DNA of 64,000 nucleotides from Chiloscyllium plagiosum (taxonomy: Eukaryota), in the NCBI RefSeq assembly GCF_004010195.1, contig NC_057750.1, forward strand, positions 20,215,964-20,279,963, read 5' to 3'. The first letter of the stretch is position 1. Every line of letters begins with the position of its first letter. A program made the position numbers and the translations under genes. The notes under the pieces are model-generated. The model had not been told where the DNA came from and searched no databases. It worked only from the letters and a program-made list of their open reading frames with translations. Below, piece after piece: positions 22,228-33,465 of the stretch.

Positions 22228-25020
22228 AGAACTCAGGGCATGGTTAGGAACATGGGACTGGGATATCATAGCAATTACAGAAACATGGCTCAGGGATGGG
22301 CAGGACTGGCAGCTAAATGTTCCAGGATACAAATGCTACAGGAAAAGGATAGAAAGGGAGGCAAGAGAGGAGGGGGAGTGGCGTTTTTGATAAGGGATAG
22401 CATTACAGCTGTGCTGAGGGAGGATATTCCCAGAAATACATCCAGGGAAGTTCTTTGGGTGGAACTGAGAAATAAGAAAGGGATGATCACATTATTGTGA
22501 TTGTATTGTAGACCCCCTAATAGTCAGAGGGAAATTGAGAAACAAACTTGTAAGGAGATCTCAGCTATCTGTAACTTTCCAAACATAGACTGGGACTGCC
22601 ATAGTGTTAAAGGTTTAGATGGAGAGGAATTTGTTAAGTGCATACAAGACAATTCTCTGATTTAGTATGTGGATACGAGAGAAGGTGCAAAACTTGACCT
22701 ACTCTTAGGAAATAAGACAGGGCAGGTGATTGGGGTGTCAGTGGGGGAGCACTTTGGGGCCAGCGACCATAATTTTATTAGATTTAAAATAGTGATGGAA
22801 AAGGATAGACCAGATGCAAGAGTTGAAGTTCTAAATTGGAGAAAGACCAATTTTGATGGTATTAGGCAAGAACTTTTGAAAGCTGATTGGGGGCAGATGT
22901 TCGTGGGTAAAGGGACGGCTGGAAAATGGGAAGGCTTCAGAAATGAGATAACGAGAATCCAGAGAAAGTATATTCCAGTTAGGTATATTCCATCTATTTC
23001 GCTACTTTCTATATTTTCCATATCCTTTTCCACGGTAAATACTGATGCAAAATACTCATTTAGTATCTCCCCCATTTTCTGCGGCTCCACACAAAGAACC
23101 AGTTAGGGTGAAAGGAAAGGCTGGTAGGTATAGGGAATGCTGGATGACTAAAGAAATTGAGGGTTTGGTTAAGAAAAAGAAAGAAGCATATGTCAGGTAT
23201 GGACAGGATAGATTAAGTGAATCTTTAGAGTATAAAGGAAGTAGGAGCATACTTAAGAGGGAAATCAGGAGGGCAAAACGGGGACATGAGATAGCTTTGG
23301 CAAATAGAGTTAAGGAGAATCCAAAGGGTTTTTAAAAATACATTAAGAACAAAAGGATAACTAGGGAGAGAATAGGGCCCCTCAAAGATCAGCAAGACAG
23401 TCTTTGTGTGGAGCCGCAGAAAATGGGGGAGATACTAAATGAGTATTTTGCATCAGTATTTACCGTGGAAAAGGACATGGAAGATATAGAAAGTAGCAAA
23501 ATAGATGGTGTAACCTTGCAAAATGTCCATATTACAGAGAAGGAAGTGCTGGATGTCTTGAAACGCATAAAGGTGGGTAAATCCCCAGGACCTGATGAGG
23601 TGTACCCTTGAACTCTGTGGGAAGCCAGAGAAATGATTGCTGGGCCCCTCGCTAGTCAGAGGTGAGGTGCCGGAAGACTGGGGGTTGGCTAACGTGGTGC
23701 CACTGTTTAAGAAGGGTGGTAAAGACAAGCCAGGGAAGTATAGACCAGTTAGCCTGACGTCGGTGATGGGCATGTTGTTGGAGGGAATCCTGAGGGACAG
23801 GATGTACATGTATTTGGAAAGGCAAGGACTGATTAGGGATAGTCTGCATGGCTTTGTGCGTGGGAAGTCATGTCTCACAAACTTGATTGAGTTTTTTGAA
23901 GAAGTAACAAAGAGGATTGATGAGGACAGAGCGGTAGATGGCGTTCGACAAGGTTCCCCATGGGAAACTGGTTAGCAAGGTTAGATCTCACGAAATACAG
24001 GGAGAACTAGCCATTTGGATACAGAACTAGCTCAAAGGTAGAAGACAGAGGGTGGTGGTGGAGGGTTGTTTTTCGGACTGGAGGCCTGTGACCAGTGGAG
24101 TGCCACAAGGATCGGTGCTGGGCCCTCTACTTTTTGCCATGTATATAAATGATTTGGATGCGAGCATAAGAGGTACAGTTAGTAAGTCTGCAGATGACAC
24201 CAAAATTGGAGGTGTAGTGGAGAGCGAAGAAGGTTACCTCACATTACAACAGGATCTTGATCAGATGGGCCAATGAGCTGGCAGATGGAATTTAATTCAG
24301 ATAAATGTGAGGTGCTGCATTTTGGGAAAGCAAATCTGAGCAGGACTTATACACATCATGGTAAGGTCCCAGAGAGTGTTGCTGAACAAAGAGACCTTGG
24401 AGTGCAGGTTCATAGCTCCTTGAAAGTGGAGTCGCAGGTAGGTAGGATAGTGAAGAAGGCGTTTGGTATGCTTTCCTTTATTGGTCAGAGTACCGAGTAC
24501 AGGAGTTGGGAGGTCAAGTTGCAGCTGGACAGGACATCGGTTCAGCGTGCAATTCTAGTCTCCTTCCTATCGGAAAGATGTTGTGAAACTTGAAAGGGTT
24601 CAGAAAAGATTTACAAGGATGTTGCCAGGGCTGAAGGATTTAAGCTATGGGGAGAGGCTGAACAGGCTGTGTTGTTCTCTCTGGAGCATCTGAGGCTGAG
24701 GGGTGACCTTAAAGAGGTTTATAAAATCATGAAGGGCATGGATAGGATAAATAGACAAAGTCTTTTCCCTGTGGCGGGGGAGTCCAGAACTAGAGGGCAT
24801 AGGTTTAGGGTGAGAGGGGAAAGATATAAAAGGGATCTATGGTACAATTGCAACATTTAACAGGCATTTGGATGGGTATATGAATAGGAAGGGTTTGAAG
24901 GGATATGGGCCATGTGCTAGCAGGTGGGACTAGGTTGGGTTGGAATATCTGGTCGGCATGGACGGGTTGGACCGAAGGGTCTGTTTCCATGCTGTACATC
25001 TCTATGACTCTGTGACTCTG
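22228..25020 (+). mobile_element. CR1 ORF2 (APE+RT) with 3' tail, short internal deletions and an inverted duplication
   Basis: [59 protein letters not shown]; tail CTCTATGACTCTGTGACTCTG. Confidence 0.93.
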
Positions 25021-25337
25021 TAATGCATGGCTTAGAAAGGGTGGATGCTGGGAATTTGTTTCTGTTAGGCGGGGAGACTAGGACCCATGGGCACCACCTT
25101 AGAATTAAAGGAGATCAATTTAGAATGGAAATGAGGAGACATTTTTTCAGCCAGTGAGTAGTGGGCCTGTGGAATTCATTGCCATGTAGCATTGCCTTGA
25201 TCTCGCAAGGAATTAGGGGCTACGGGGAGTGTGCGGGTAAGTAGAGTTGAATTGCCCATCAGCCATAATTGAATGGGCCGAATGGCCTTATTTCCACTCC
25301 TATGTCTTATGGTCTTACGGTCTTATGGACCTGCCAC

Positions 25338-26730
25338 TGTCAGGGGAGTCAGGAAGGTCTTCGGACTATTCGACTACAGTCGGAGCTTTATACCCGAGTT
25401 CGCAGAATTTGCTGAACCGGTCCAAGGCAAACCCACCTTGGAACCTGTAACCTGGGGGCCAGAACAGAAGGAGGCATACAGACAGCTTAAAACTTCACTC
25501 CCAGGCTAGGGCTGCCAGATCCCAGAAAGGATTTTCACATCCACTGTAATAATGAGGGAGGATTTTACTTTGCAGTGGTCACCTAAGACCACTTGGGTGG
25601 TAACAGGAGAAGGCTCACAGGTTACTACTCAACTACAGAAGGGCCAGTAGTCACCAGGAGAGAGTGGTGGTGGAAGGGAGTGGGAAGAGATGTGACCAAG
25701 TACTGCCGCAGATGCATGGTTTGTGCACAACACAACCCAGGGAGACCTTTAAAAGTTCGGATGGGACACTATCCCAGACCAAGAGGACCCTGGGAACACC
25801 TTCAGATAGATTTTACAGGGCCACGACCACCTTCCCATGGGAAAATGTACTGCCTGGTCATCATAGACCAATTCACTCGGTGGGTAGAGACATTCCCAAT
25901 GAAAAGTTGCATTGCGATCACTGGAGCCAGAATATTAGCAGAGGTGGTATCCCTGGGCAGGGAGTACCTCTCCAGATCGACTCTGACCAAGGGACGCATT
26001 TTACAGGTAAGGTCGTGAAGACTGTCTGCCAATTACTTGGCATTAGACAAAAATTTCACATTCCCTATCACCCCAAGAGCTCAGGGATAGTAGAAAGAAT
26101 GATTAGAACGCTTAAAAATACTTAGCGAAGGCTATGCAAACCTCAGGCAGAACATGGGCTGAAATGCTGCCAGCCATGCTAATGAAATCAAGAGCCACCA
26201 CGAATCAGGCAACTGGGCTAACATCAGATGAATTAATGACCGGGCGAGCAATGCAATTTCTAGAGACAAATATCACAGATGGCACTGATGTGGGTCCATT
26301 AAAAGACAAAATTCAGCGATATGTGGTAGAATTAAGCTCCCAATTGAAAAGGATGTGGAAATCTGTAATTGATAAACAGGACAAAAAGGACAAGGCAGGG
26401 GAACTCGAAATCTTCCCTGAGGTCCCAGCAGCAGGAAGCCATGTCCTGGTGCGAGCACTGCCTGACAAACCAGGCTTTGCCCCAAAATGGAATGGGCCAT
26501 ATGACATGGTAATAAGTGGGGACACCTGTGCCTGCATAGATATTAAAGGAAAAGGCACGTGGAAACACTGGACCCATCTAAAACCGTTTGAAGACTCCTG
26601 TGACCAAACGAATGTCATTGACCATTCCCCAGGTGCAGACAGGAACGGCGGACAAGATGGTCATCCGGGGGCAGGGGGTATCCAAAAACACAACAGAACA
26701 ACCACACAGGAACACGACTGCATCTCCTGA
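25338..26730 (+). pseudogene. pol: ERV pol 3' part: RT thumb/connection and integrase
   Basis: GVRKVFGLFDYSRSFIP; WWWKG...CRRCMVCAQHN; PWEHLQIDFTGP; IIDQFTRWVETFP; IDSDQGTHFTG; HIPYHPKSSGIVERM; GPY/F motif PKWNGPYD. Confidence 0.92.
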
Positions 26731-26773
26731 CGAAAACAAAGACTTTGACTGATAACTTTATTTAACTGCAAAA

Positions 26774-28536
26774 ATGTGTACACCTGTATGTATTTTACTG
26801 TGTTTAAATGTCGCGATTGTTGGGAGCATATCAGGATTGAAGATAACGTCTTATGTAAAACCCACCTAAGTTTGCATGGGAACCGAACTGTCTGCTACCC
26901 ACTGGCGCGATCAGTAGAATCTCTATTTGTGGCCACCTCAGTGGGTTTATAAAATCATGAGCGACATGGATAGGGTAAATAGACAAGGTCTTTTCCCTGG
27001 GGTGAGGGAGTCCAGAACTAGAGGGCATGGGTTTAGGGTGAGAGGGGAAAGATTTAAAAGAAACCAAAAGGGCAACTTTTTCACTCAGAGGGTGGTACGT
27101 GTGTGGAATGAGCTGCCAGAGGAAGTGGTGGATGCTGGTATAATTGCAACATTTAAAAGGTATCTGAATGGGTGTATGAATAGGAAAGGTTTGGAGGGAT
27201 ATGGGCCGGGTGCTGGCAGATGGGACTAGATTGGGGTGGGATATATGGTTGGCATGGACAGGTTGGACCGAAGGTTCTGTTTCCTGCTGTACATCTCTAT
27301 GACTATGATTCTATGACCCCTCGCGAGCTGTGTATGTAGACACCTCGGGAGCACTGTGTAAGGGGCAGATAGGAAAATACAAACGGGGAATCCAGGGTAG
27401 ATGTGTGCAGCTGGGCAGGACCACCTGCCTAGGGAAGGAAGACCCATTTAAAAGCCGGTAATTACCCAGTCTGTTTCACAGGGCAGGGATGGGGATATGT
27501 TTATGCCCTGGTTCCCAAAAATGACTCATGCGTCCAGACACAGTGCATTTATCAGCACTGTACAGTCACCAGTGGACAGTTTACCTGCACCTGCAGTGAG
27601 CCTGCTTGAATGTGACCGCAGGCAGACAATTCGTATGTGGTCAGTGCAATGGCACTCACATCAACTCTGCCACATGGACATACCCGTTCGATACTTACCA
27701 GCTTGGGGGTGTGGGGGGTGGTTGAGGGTGGCCACCCAGGGGATCAGGGGCAACATGGGTAGACAGACAGATGGAAGGACAGGACAACGTATGCTATCGA
27801 GCAGCGAAGGTATTTGTTTTTCTTTTTAAGGGGATTTATGCGACAGACACCCCAGACCTCTCAAACCTGTTAGCGGTAGGGACAATTGCACCCCTTAATG
27901 TACCATGCCCCAGTGGGGGCCATGTTCAGAGAAGGATAGTGAACTGCTCCATCAGCCAGGAGTTCTGTGCTGACTGGCAGATCCCCACCACTTTGAGGTC
28001 ATCATTAGAATATGGATTCTCGGGATCTCTGTCTTTGGGGGGTGCGCAGCAGTGCTGAAAACTTGTATGTGGCCTGACTATCTTAGGCAATAATACTTCA
28101 AACACTCTGGAAGCAATTAATACAGAATTGGCTGAACTCAGATTCTGCACACAGCAGACACATTATGCTGTGGATTATCAATTAGCACAGCAAGGGGGAA
28201 TTTGGACAATTATTGATGACAATTGTATCACCCATGTTTTTGATGACTCTTATAACATCACAGAAGCCTTCAAGACCAACTGGATTTTTTTTGACAGAGA
28301 GCCCCAATTACAGACAGCTGGCTAAATTGGTTGATAGGTAAATCTTGGGATCCTATTTGGCACACGAGATAGTTCTCCTCATTGCACTCATGGTGGTATT
28401 CTGTGTGGGTCTCGAGTGTTTAAAACTCTGCTGTAAGGTGCTACTGACGAGAACTGTGCTTGCAGCGAGTGTCACCAGGGAAAGCCCCCAACAAAATTGT
28501 CAGTCCATGATACCCCACGGGAGGAGAAGCTCCTAG
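26774..28536 (+). pseudogene. env: ERV env remnant (signal peptide, SU, TM), interrupted by CR1
   Basis: Signal-like MCTPVCILLCLNVAIVGSISG; heptad LEAINTELAELR; ISD-like QQTHYAVDYQLAQQGG, then IWTIIDDNCITHV; hydrophobic anchor IVLLIALMVVFCVGL. Confidence 0.82.
26945..27316 (+). mobile_element. Short CR1 3' end inserted in env
   Basis: VYKIM..MDRVNRQGLFPG...WNELPEEVV, with a CTATGA(C/T) tail. Confidence 0.92.
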
Positions 28537-28615
28537 AGATGACCTATCTCCACGTGCAAATTGGGTGGTCTGCGGGAGATCTCCAAAGTCGCCTCCTTGA
28601 CCATAAAGGAGGGAG

Positions 28616-29282
28616 TGACGTGGGAGATGGCATGGGACAGGGTGACACTAGGCACGCGGACACACATGATGGCTGTTGAGCCATAAGTTGGCCACTTGAC
28701 ACACAAGATAGCCGCCAGACCACAATATGGAGAGAGACAGCAGAGCAAACACAGACACTACCTGGGGCCACCAAAATGCTAGCACAATGCACTCACAACC
28801 CAGTTGATTAGTTTAAGGCGGGTGGGGGAGAGAATACACATGAGTAGCATATGCTGCCCGCCAAAGTGTCTGGGTCCAGCCAACACCTCTTATAGAAATG
28901 CTAACTGTTTGATATGGACTCAATACAAAGTGCTAATACCTAGGGCTGCAGTAATCATCTATTTCAGGAAGAGCGATTAGCGCCCATTACTACAATGTCT
29001 GCGCTGGAACTGCCAATGACTGCACTGAAACTATCAACGATTCTGCAATGTTTACAATAAACAAACTATGTTACAAAGACAATAACCTTATCACTGACCT
29101 ATTATATTACAAAATGTATAAAAGTATCTTGACATGTGCTCCGGGTGGAGAGAGGACTCGCGGCTGGCCACTGCTTATGATGTGTCTCTCTCTCTCCCCC
29201 GAGCTCTGGTATTTCCTTGTACAATAAACTCTGTCATTGAAACCCAACTCTGACTCCGAGGCTGGTGATTTTCCCCACAACA
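28616..29282 (+). mobile_element. ERV 3' LTR (667 bp) preceded by polypurine tract
   Basis: PPT AAAGGAGGGAG at 28605-28615; termini TGACGTGGG...CCCCACAACA; TATAAAA at about 29117; AATAAA at 29223-29228. Confidence 0.85.
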
Positions 29283-29860
29283 AAATCATCGTGTCAAACG
29301 GCACAGAAACAAGCTCTTTGGCCCAACTCATCCATGCTGACCAGGTTTCCTCAACTGAACTGGTCCCATTTGCCTGCATTCCGTTCATATCCCTCTAAAC
29401 CTTTCTGAACCACGTTAAAAGTCACACAACACCAGGTTATAGTCCGACAGGTTTATTTGGGAGCACTAGCTTTCCGGAATTACCTTGTATAGAACAATAC
29501 AGCACAGAACAGGCCCTTCGGCCCACAATGTTGTATGTGGCCTGACTATCTTAGGCAATAATACCGTCGTCAGATAGCTGTCACAGGAACCTCCAAATCA
29601 TTTCTGAACCATGTATCTGTCCAAATGTCTTCTAAATGTTGTAAATTGTACTTACCTCTGCCAGTTCTTCTCACAGCTTGTTCCATATATGCATCACTCT
29701 CTGTGTGAAAAAGTTGCACTTCAGGTCTCTTTTAAATCTTTCCCTTCTTAGCTTAAACCTGTGCCCTCTAATTTTGGGAAAATGATCTTTGCAATTCACC
29801 TTAACTATGCCCCTCATGATTTTATAAACCTCTATAAGATTTCCCCTCAACCTCTGAAAT
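29283..29860 (-). mobile_element. CR1 3' fragment containing a composite insertion at 29413-29600
   Basis: Reverse complement of the CR1 3' end. TTTCTGAACCA is duplicated at 29402-29412 and 29601-29611. Confidence 0.8.
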
Positions 29861-30639
29861 GTTTGGGGACAGTCAAGGGAGCTTTACTTTCAGTTTACAA
29901 GGGTAGAGGGAGCGTTACTCTATCTAACTCTGTGGTATACCTGTGTTGGGAGTGTTTGATGTGGGCAAGATAAAGGAGGCTTTAATCTACCTCATCAGTG
30001 TTTGTCTTGTCATATTTTATTTGGATTTCAAATGCTGTTCATTGTAGATGAAGAGAATGTTTATCGAGTTGTTTCTCTAGGGAATGGAAGTGAAGCTAAA
30101 AACTGTCAACTGTAAGATGCTGGGTGTAGACAAATTAGAACAGCCCACACAGTCTCCAATTGGCCTTTGTAAATAAAATTATGAGCGGAGATAACTGTAA
30201 GGAATGGAAATAAATGCATCTGTGTGAACAGCTCTGGGAAATAAGAGGACGGAACTGCAGGAAAGGATCAGTACTTAATGTCAAGATTTTGACAGCTGCT
30301 ATCAAATCATTACAATAATCTTAAGATAATACGATGTTAATTTGATGAAGCTTTGAACAGAGATAGAACTCTCCCAGCTCATCACCTGAATCCATGCAAC
30401 AGCTTCAGTCCTAATAGCTGGTAACTGGTGAGTTTATCCTCTAATTAGTTGGTACACTGCAGGAAGGAGATATGTCAGCATTTTTGTAGCGAGTGTACAT
30501 ACTATCCTTTATTGCTTGCAGTACATCTGGCCAAGAATCTGCATTTCAACGTTGTTCACCAGGTAATGAATAAATGAGAAGATACTGCAAACACTTGAGT
30601 AATTTTTAAGGCTGACACTTGTTTCTTGCAGAGTGAGAA

Positions 30640-31330
30640 ACTTGCTGTCAGCAGGCCCATCTTTAAGAAGGAGACCAAGTTGAGAACAGGGTAATATTGT
30701 GGGGCCTGAGCTATTTACAATCATTGGTAATGATTTAGGTGAAAAGACGGAGAGCATTTAATGCAAGGCTACAAGGGGAAGACAGAGAGGGCACGAGGAC
30801 ATGTAGACAATTAGTGAGTGGGTAACTAAGTGATAGATGGTGTATTACGTGGAGAAATGTGATGCTATTCTTTTTGGCAATAATTGAGGAATGGAATATT
30901 CTTTAAAGGGCATGCAACATGAAAATGTACATTCTCAGCAGGACATTTTGTGGCAGAAAAAGGTGGCAGTGAATGGCCTTTTCGAACTGCTGTTGTACTT
31001 AGAGCCTGAGTAAGGGTATTCAGTATTTTGACCAGTAGCAGCAAAGGAGATGTGGTTTCAAGGTGTTCCTATGAATGTACAGCTCTTGTTTTTGATAGTA
31101 AAGGTTATGGATTTGGAGGGTGCAGTAGCAAAGAGGCACTGAATGCACTTGTGTGAGGACAAAATGACACATTGGTATTCCCTGCAACAATAAGGCAGTC
31201 TGCAAGTTTGATGACTCCAGATGTGGGGTTCTCTGCATGGTTTTGGTCTTTGTCCATCATGAAGGATTTACTTGCCTTGAATGTTGTGCCATGAAGATTC
31301 ATGACTTTGGCTGAGTGAAATGGATCTATG
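30640..31330 (+). mobile_element. Highly degraded CR1 RT fragments
   Basis: Remnants of QG-ILGPELF, EKCD-ILFG and QMWGS motifs. Confidence 0.5.
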
Positions 31331-31351
31331 TTCTTTGCAGAATTGGAAACA

Positions 31352-31690
31352 TGAGAGGTATATGAAAGTGTGTGTCTTCCTCCCTCTACAAGGATTTCAA
31401 TGAGTCCCTCTCTCACTGCACACCCCAGGTCATCTCCTCTGCACAGAAGCTCTTCAGCCACGTCCTCAAACAGACTCGCTACCACAACCACATCTCCTTC
31501 CTCAGCACCTGCCTACGGAACCGACTGATCCCGCATGGACTCCGGACTACGTTCCGACCAACAAAATTTGGACCCGACCAGGATGGACACACTTTCCTCA
31601 TTCCTGAAGAAGGGCTTATGCCCGAAACATCGATTCTCCTGTTCCTTGGATGCTGCCTGACCTGCTGCGCTTTTCCAGCAACACATTTTT
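31352..31690 (+). mobile_element. Penelope-like element fragment (5' ORF piece joined to terminal repeat)
   Basis: HNHISFLSTCLRNRLIPHG resembles a PLE N-terminal region. The terminus matches 20424, 39012 and 52560, including the CTGAAGA-GGGC/GCCC-GAAA motif. Confidence 0.75.
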
Positions 31691-31997
31691 AACATCTTGG
31701 TATATGTACCATTGCAACGTCACGAGCCGGTCTTAAAAAGGACTGGGAAAGTTAATGAAATAAAACCTAGATAAACCACACTTCAACCACTGTGAACACC
31801 TTTGTGAAGATATTTCGATTCTGGAGGGATTGCAGTGAACAATTCAGGGAGTGGCAACAAGACTCCCAAAGCTTGAATTGGAAGAAAGGGAATGCAAGCC
31901 AGTTTTTTGATTCCTTGCATTTATAAATTTAACTGGTGGACTTAAGCAAGATATTGAGGAGATCAGATTGGGTCCACTGTGAAACTATTCCAGTGGA

Positions 31998-32272
31998 AAT
32001 TAGATTCCCTACAGTGTGGAAGCAGGCCCTCAGCCCAACAAGTCCATACCGACCCTCCGAAGAGCAACCTACCCAGACCCATTTCCCTACATTTACCCCT
32101 GACTAATGCACCTAACCCTACGGACAATTCACCTGATCTGCACAGCTTGGGAGGAAACCCACGCAGATACGGGGAGAATGTGCAAACTCCGCACAGACTG
32201 AGGCTGGAATTGAACCCAGGTCCCTGGTGCTGGGTGAGGTAACAGTGCTAAGCATTGAGCCACCGTGCCGCC
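31998..32272 (-). mobile_element. HE1-like SINE
   Basis: Minus-strand GGCGGCACGGTGGCTCAATG...GGGTTCAATTCC head with a CR1-like tail. Confidence 0.88.
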
Positions 32273-32859
32273 ATTATTGGAAATCCTAGAGAGGCTAGGA
32301 TTTGAGGGCACATAATCTGAGAATTGGAGTCAGACCTTTCAGAAAGCAAACTAGCAAATGAACAAAGCGTGATGCGGTTTGAGAACTCTTCCCGCAAATG
32401 GCACTTGATGCTGCATCAACTGTCAATTTGTCAACCTGAAGTTGGTATTTCTCTCTTCAAAGTCATAAAAAGAATGAGTGTGGAGTGGATCAAGGAGCGA
32501 GCTCCCAGATCAGCTCCCACCTCCTTAAAATGTGGCAGTGGGTCTAGAAGCTGAATGGCGTCGTGTCGTTCCTGTGTTGGGCAATGGTTTACTCTCTCGG
32601 GGATGTGTGAAAGACCTGATAGCACTGTAATATCATCGAGCAGACCAGTCGAGTTGTAAGTGGGGTCATTCAACTGGAATTAATCCATTATCACATTATT
32701 GTTTGAGCGATGTTCCTGTGTCAAATGAACAGCCTTGTTTCCGACATGACAACAGTGATTGCACTTGGCTGGACTGGGGCGTTGTTAGGTCCTGAAAGGC
32801 GTGAGATACAGGCATGTTGATTCTTAAAGTCTGCGTGGCAGGTTCAGGGGAGCCGGAGA

Positions 32860-33410
32860 TTGGAAAGGATGGCTGTGTGCCGGACTATTTTCCGGCATAT
32901 TTTTAAAAGCAGGGCCCGGTGCATAGACACCTCGCAGCCGTCAGCTGAAAATTACAGCTTGTTGCTGCACATGGATTGTCGGCGAGTCCTTCTTTTCCAA
33001 CCTATCACCGAACATTGCAGAGCTGTTGTCAGACAGAGGCTCGGTTACTGCAGTATCTGCTGAGAAATCCCCCTCGGCAGCTGAAGGAACTTTGAACTGG
33101 CCGCCGTCAGCGTTCAACTGGAATACAGGTGAGTGATAAAACCACAGTGAGCGGCCACCACAAGCCAGCCTGCTCCGTCCCCTCGCTGACACTCGCTTTG
33201 ATTTACATTTCTGTCACAGAGTCCGATTGCTTTCTGAAGGTGGCCCGAGGCCTTTCGGACCACTCTCTACATCTGGACCGACGTCAGTCCCTGCCACTCC
33301 AACCATTAAAAGAAAAGCTCCAGCAGCTCTTCATTCTCTGAGGATCGGAGGGAGAGAGAAAGACAGCAGGGTCCACAAAGCAGCAGACCTGTCGAAGCAA
33401 GAAGGTGAGA
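32860..33410 (+). promoter_or_regulatory. Candidate promoter and non-coding 5' exons (possibly of the NPY receptor gene)
   Basis: Non-repetitive, CpG-enriched. TTTTAAAA at about 32901; donor CAG|GTGAGT at 33129; acceptor TTTCTGTCACAG ending 33219; donor AAG|GTGAGA at 33405. Confidence 0.4.
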
Positions 33411-33434
33411 GTCGCAGCTCTTGCTCCTGTTCTC

Positions 33435-33465
<31 letters not shown>
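33435..33465. repeat. Compound (TG)n(AG)n microsatellite
   Basis: Seen directly in the sequence. Confidence 0.95.

Larger units (their letters stand above)
18782..25327 (+). mobile_element. CR1 inserted in ERV pol, itself split into 18782-about 19225 and 25021-25327
   Basis: 10-bp TSD GACCTGCCAC at 18772-18781 and 25328-25337. The halves join as ...ETYKI / MHGLERVDA..., as in the intact relative at 4327-4911. Confidence 0.9.
15915..29282 (+). mobile_element. Decayed endogenous retrovirus (gag-pro-pol-env-3'LTR); 5' LTR and PBS not found; interrupted by CR1 insertions
   Basis: Collinear gag CCHC knuckles, protease DTG, RT, integrase, env TM, PPT and LTR (see sub-features). Confidence 0.92.

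Noticed and set aside
26774..28536. Domesticated (syncytin-like) env gene
   Set aside because: Multiple stops, frameshifts and a CR1 insertion.
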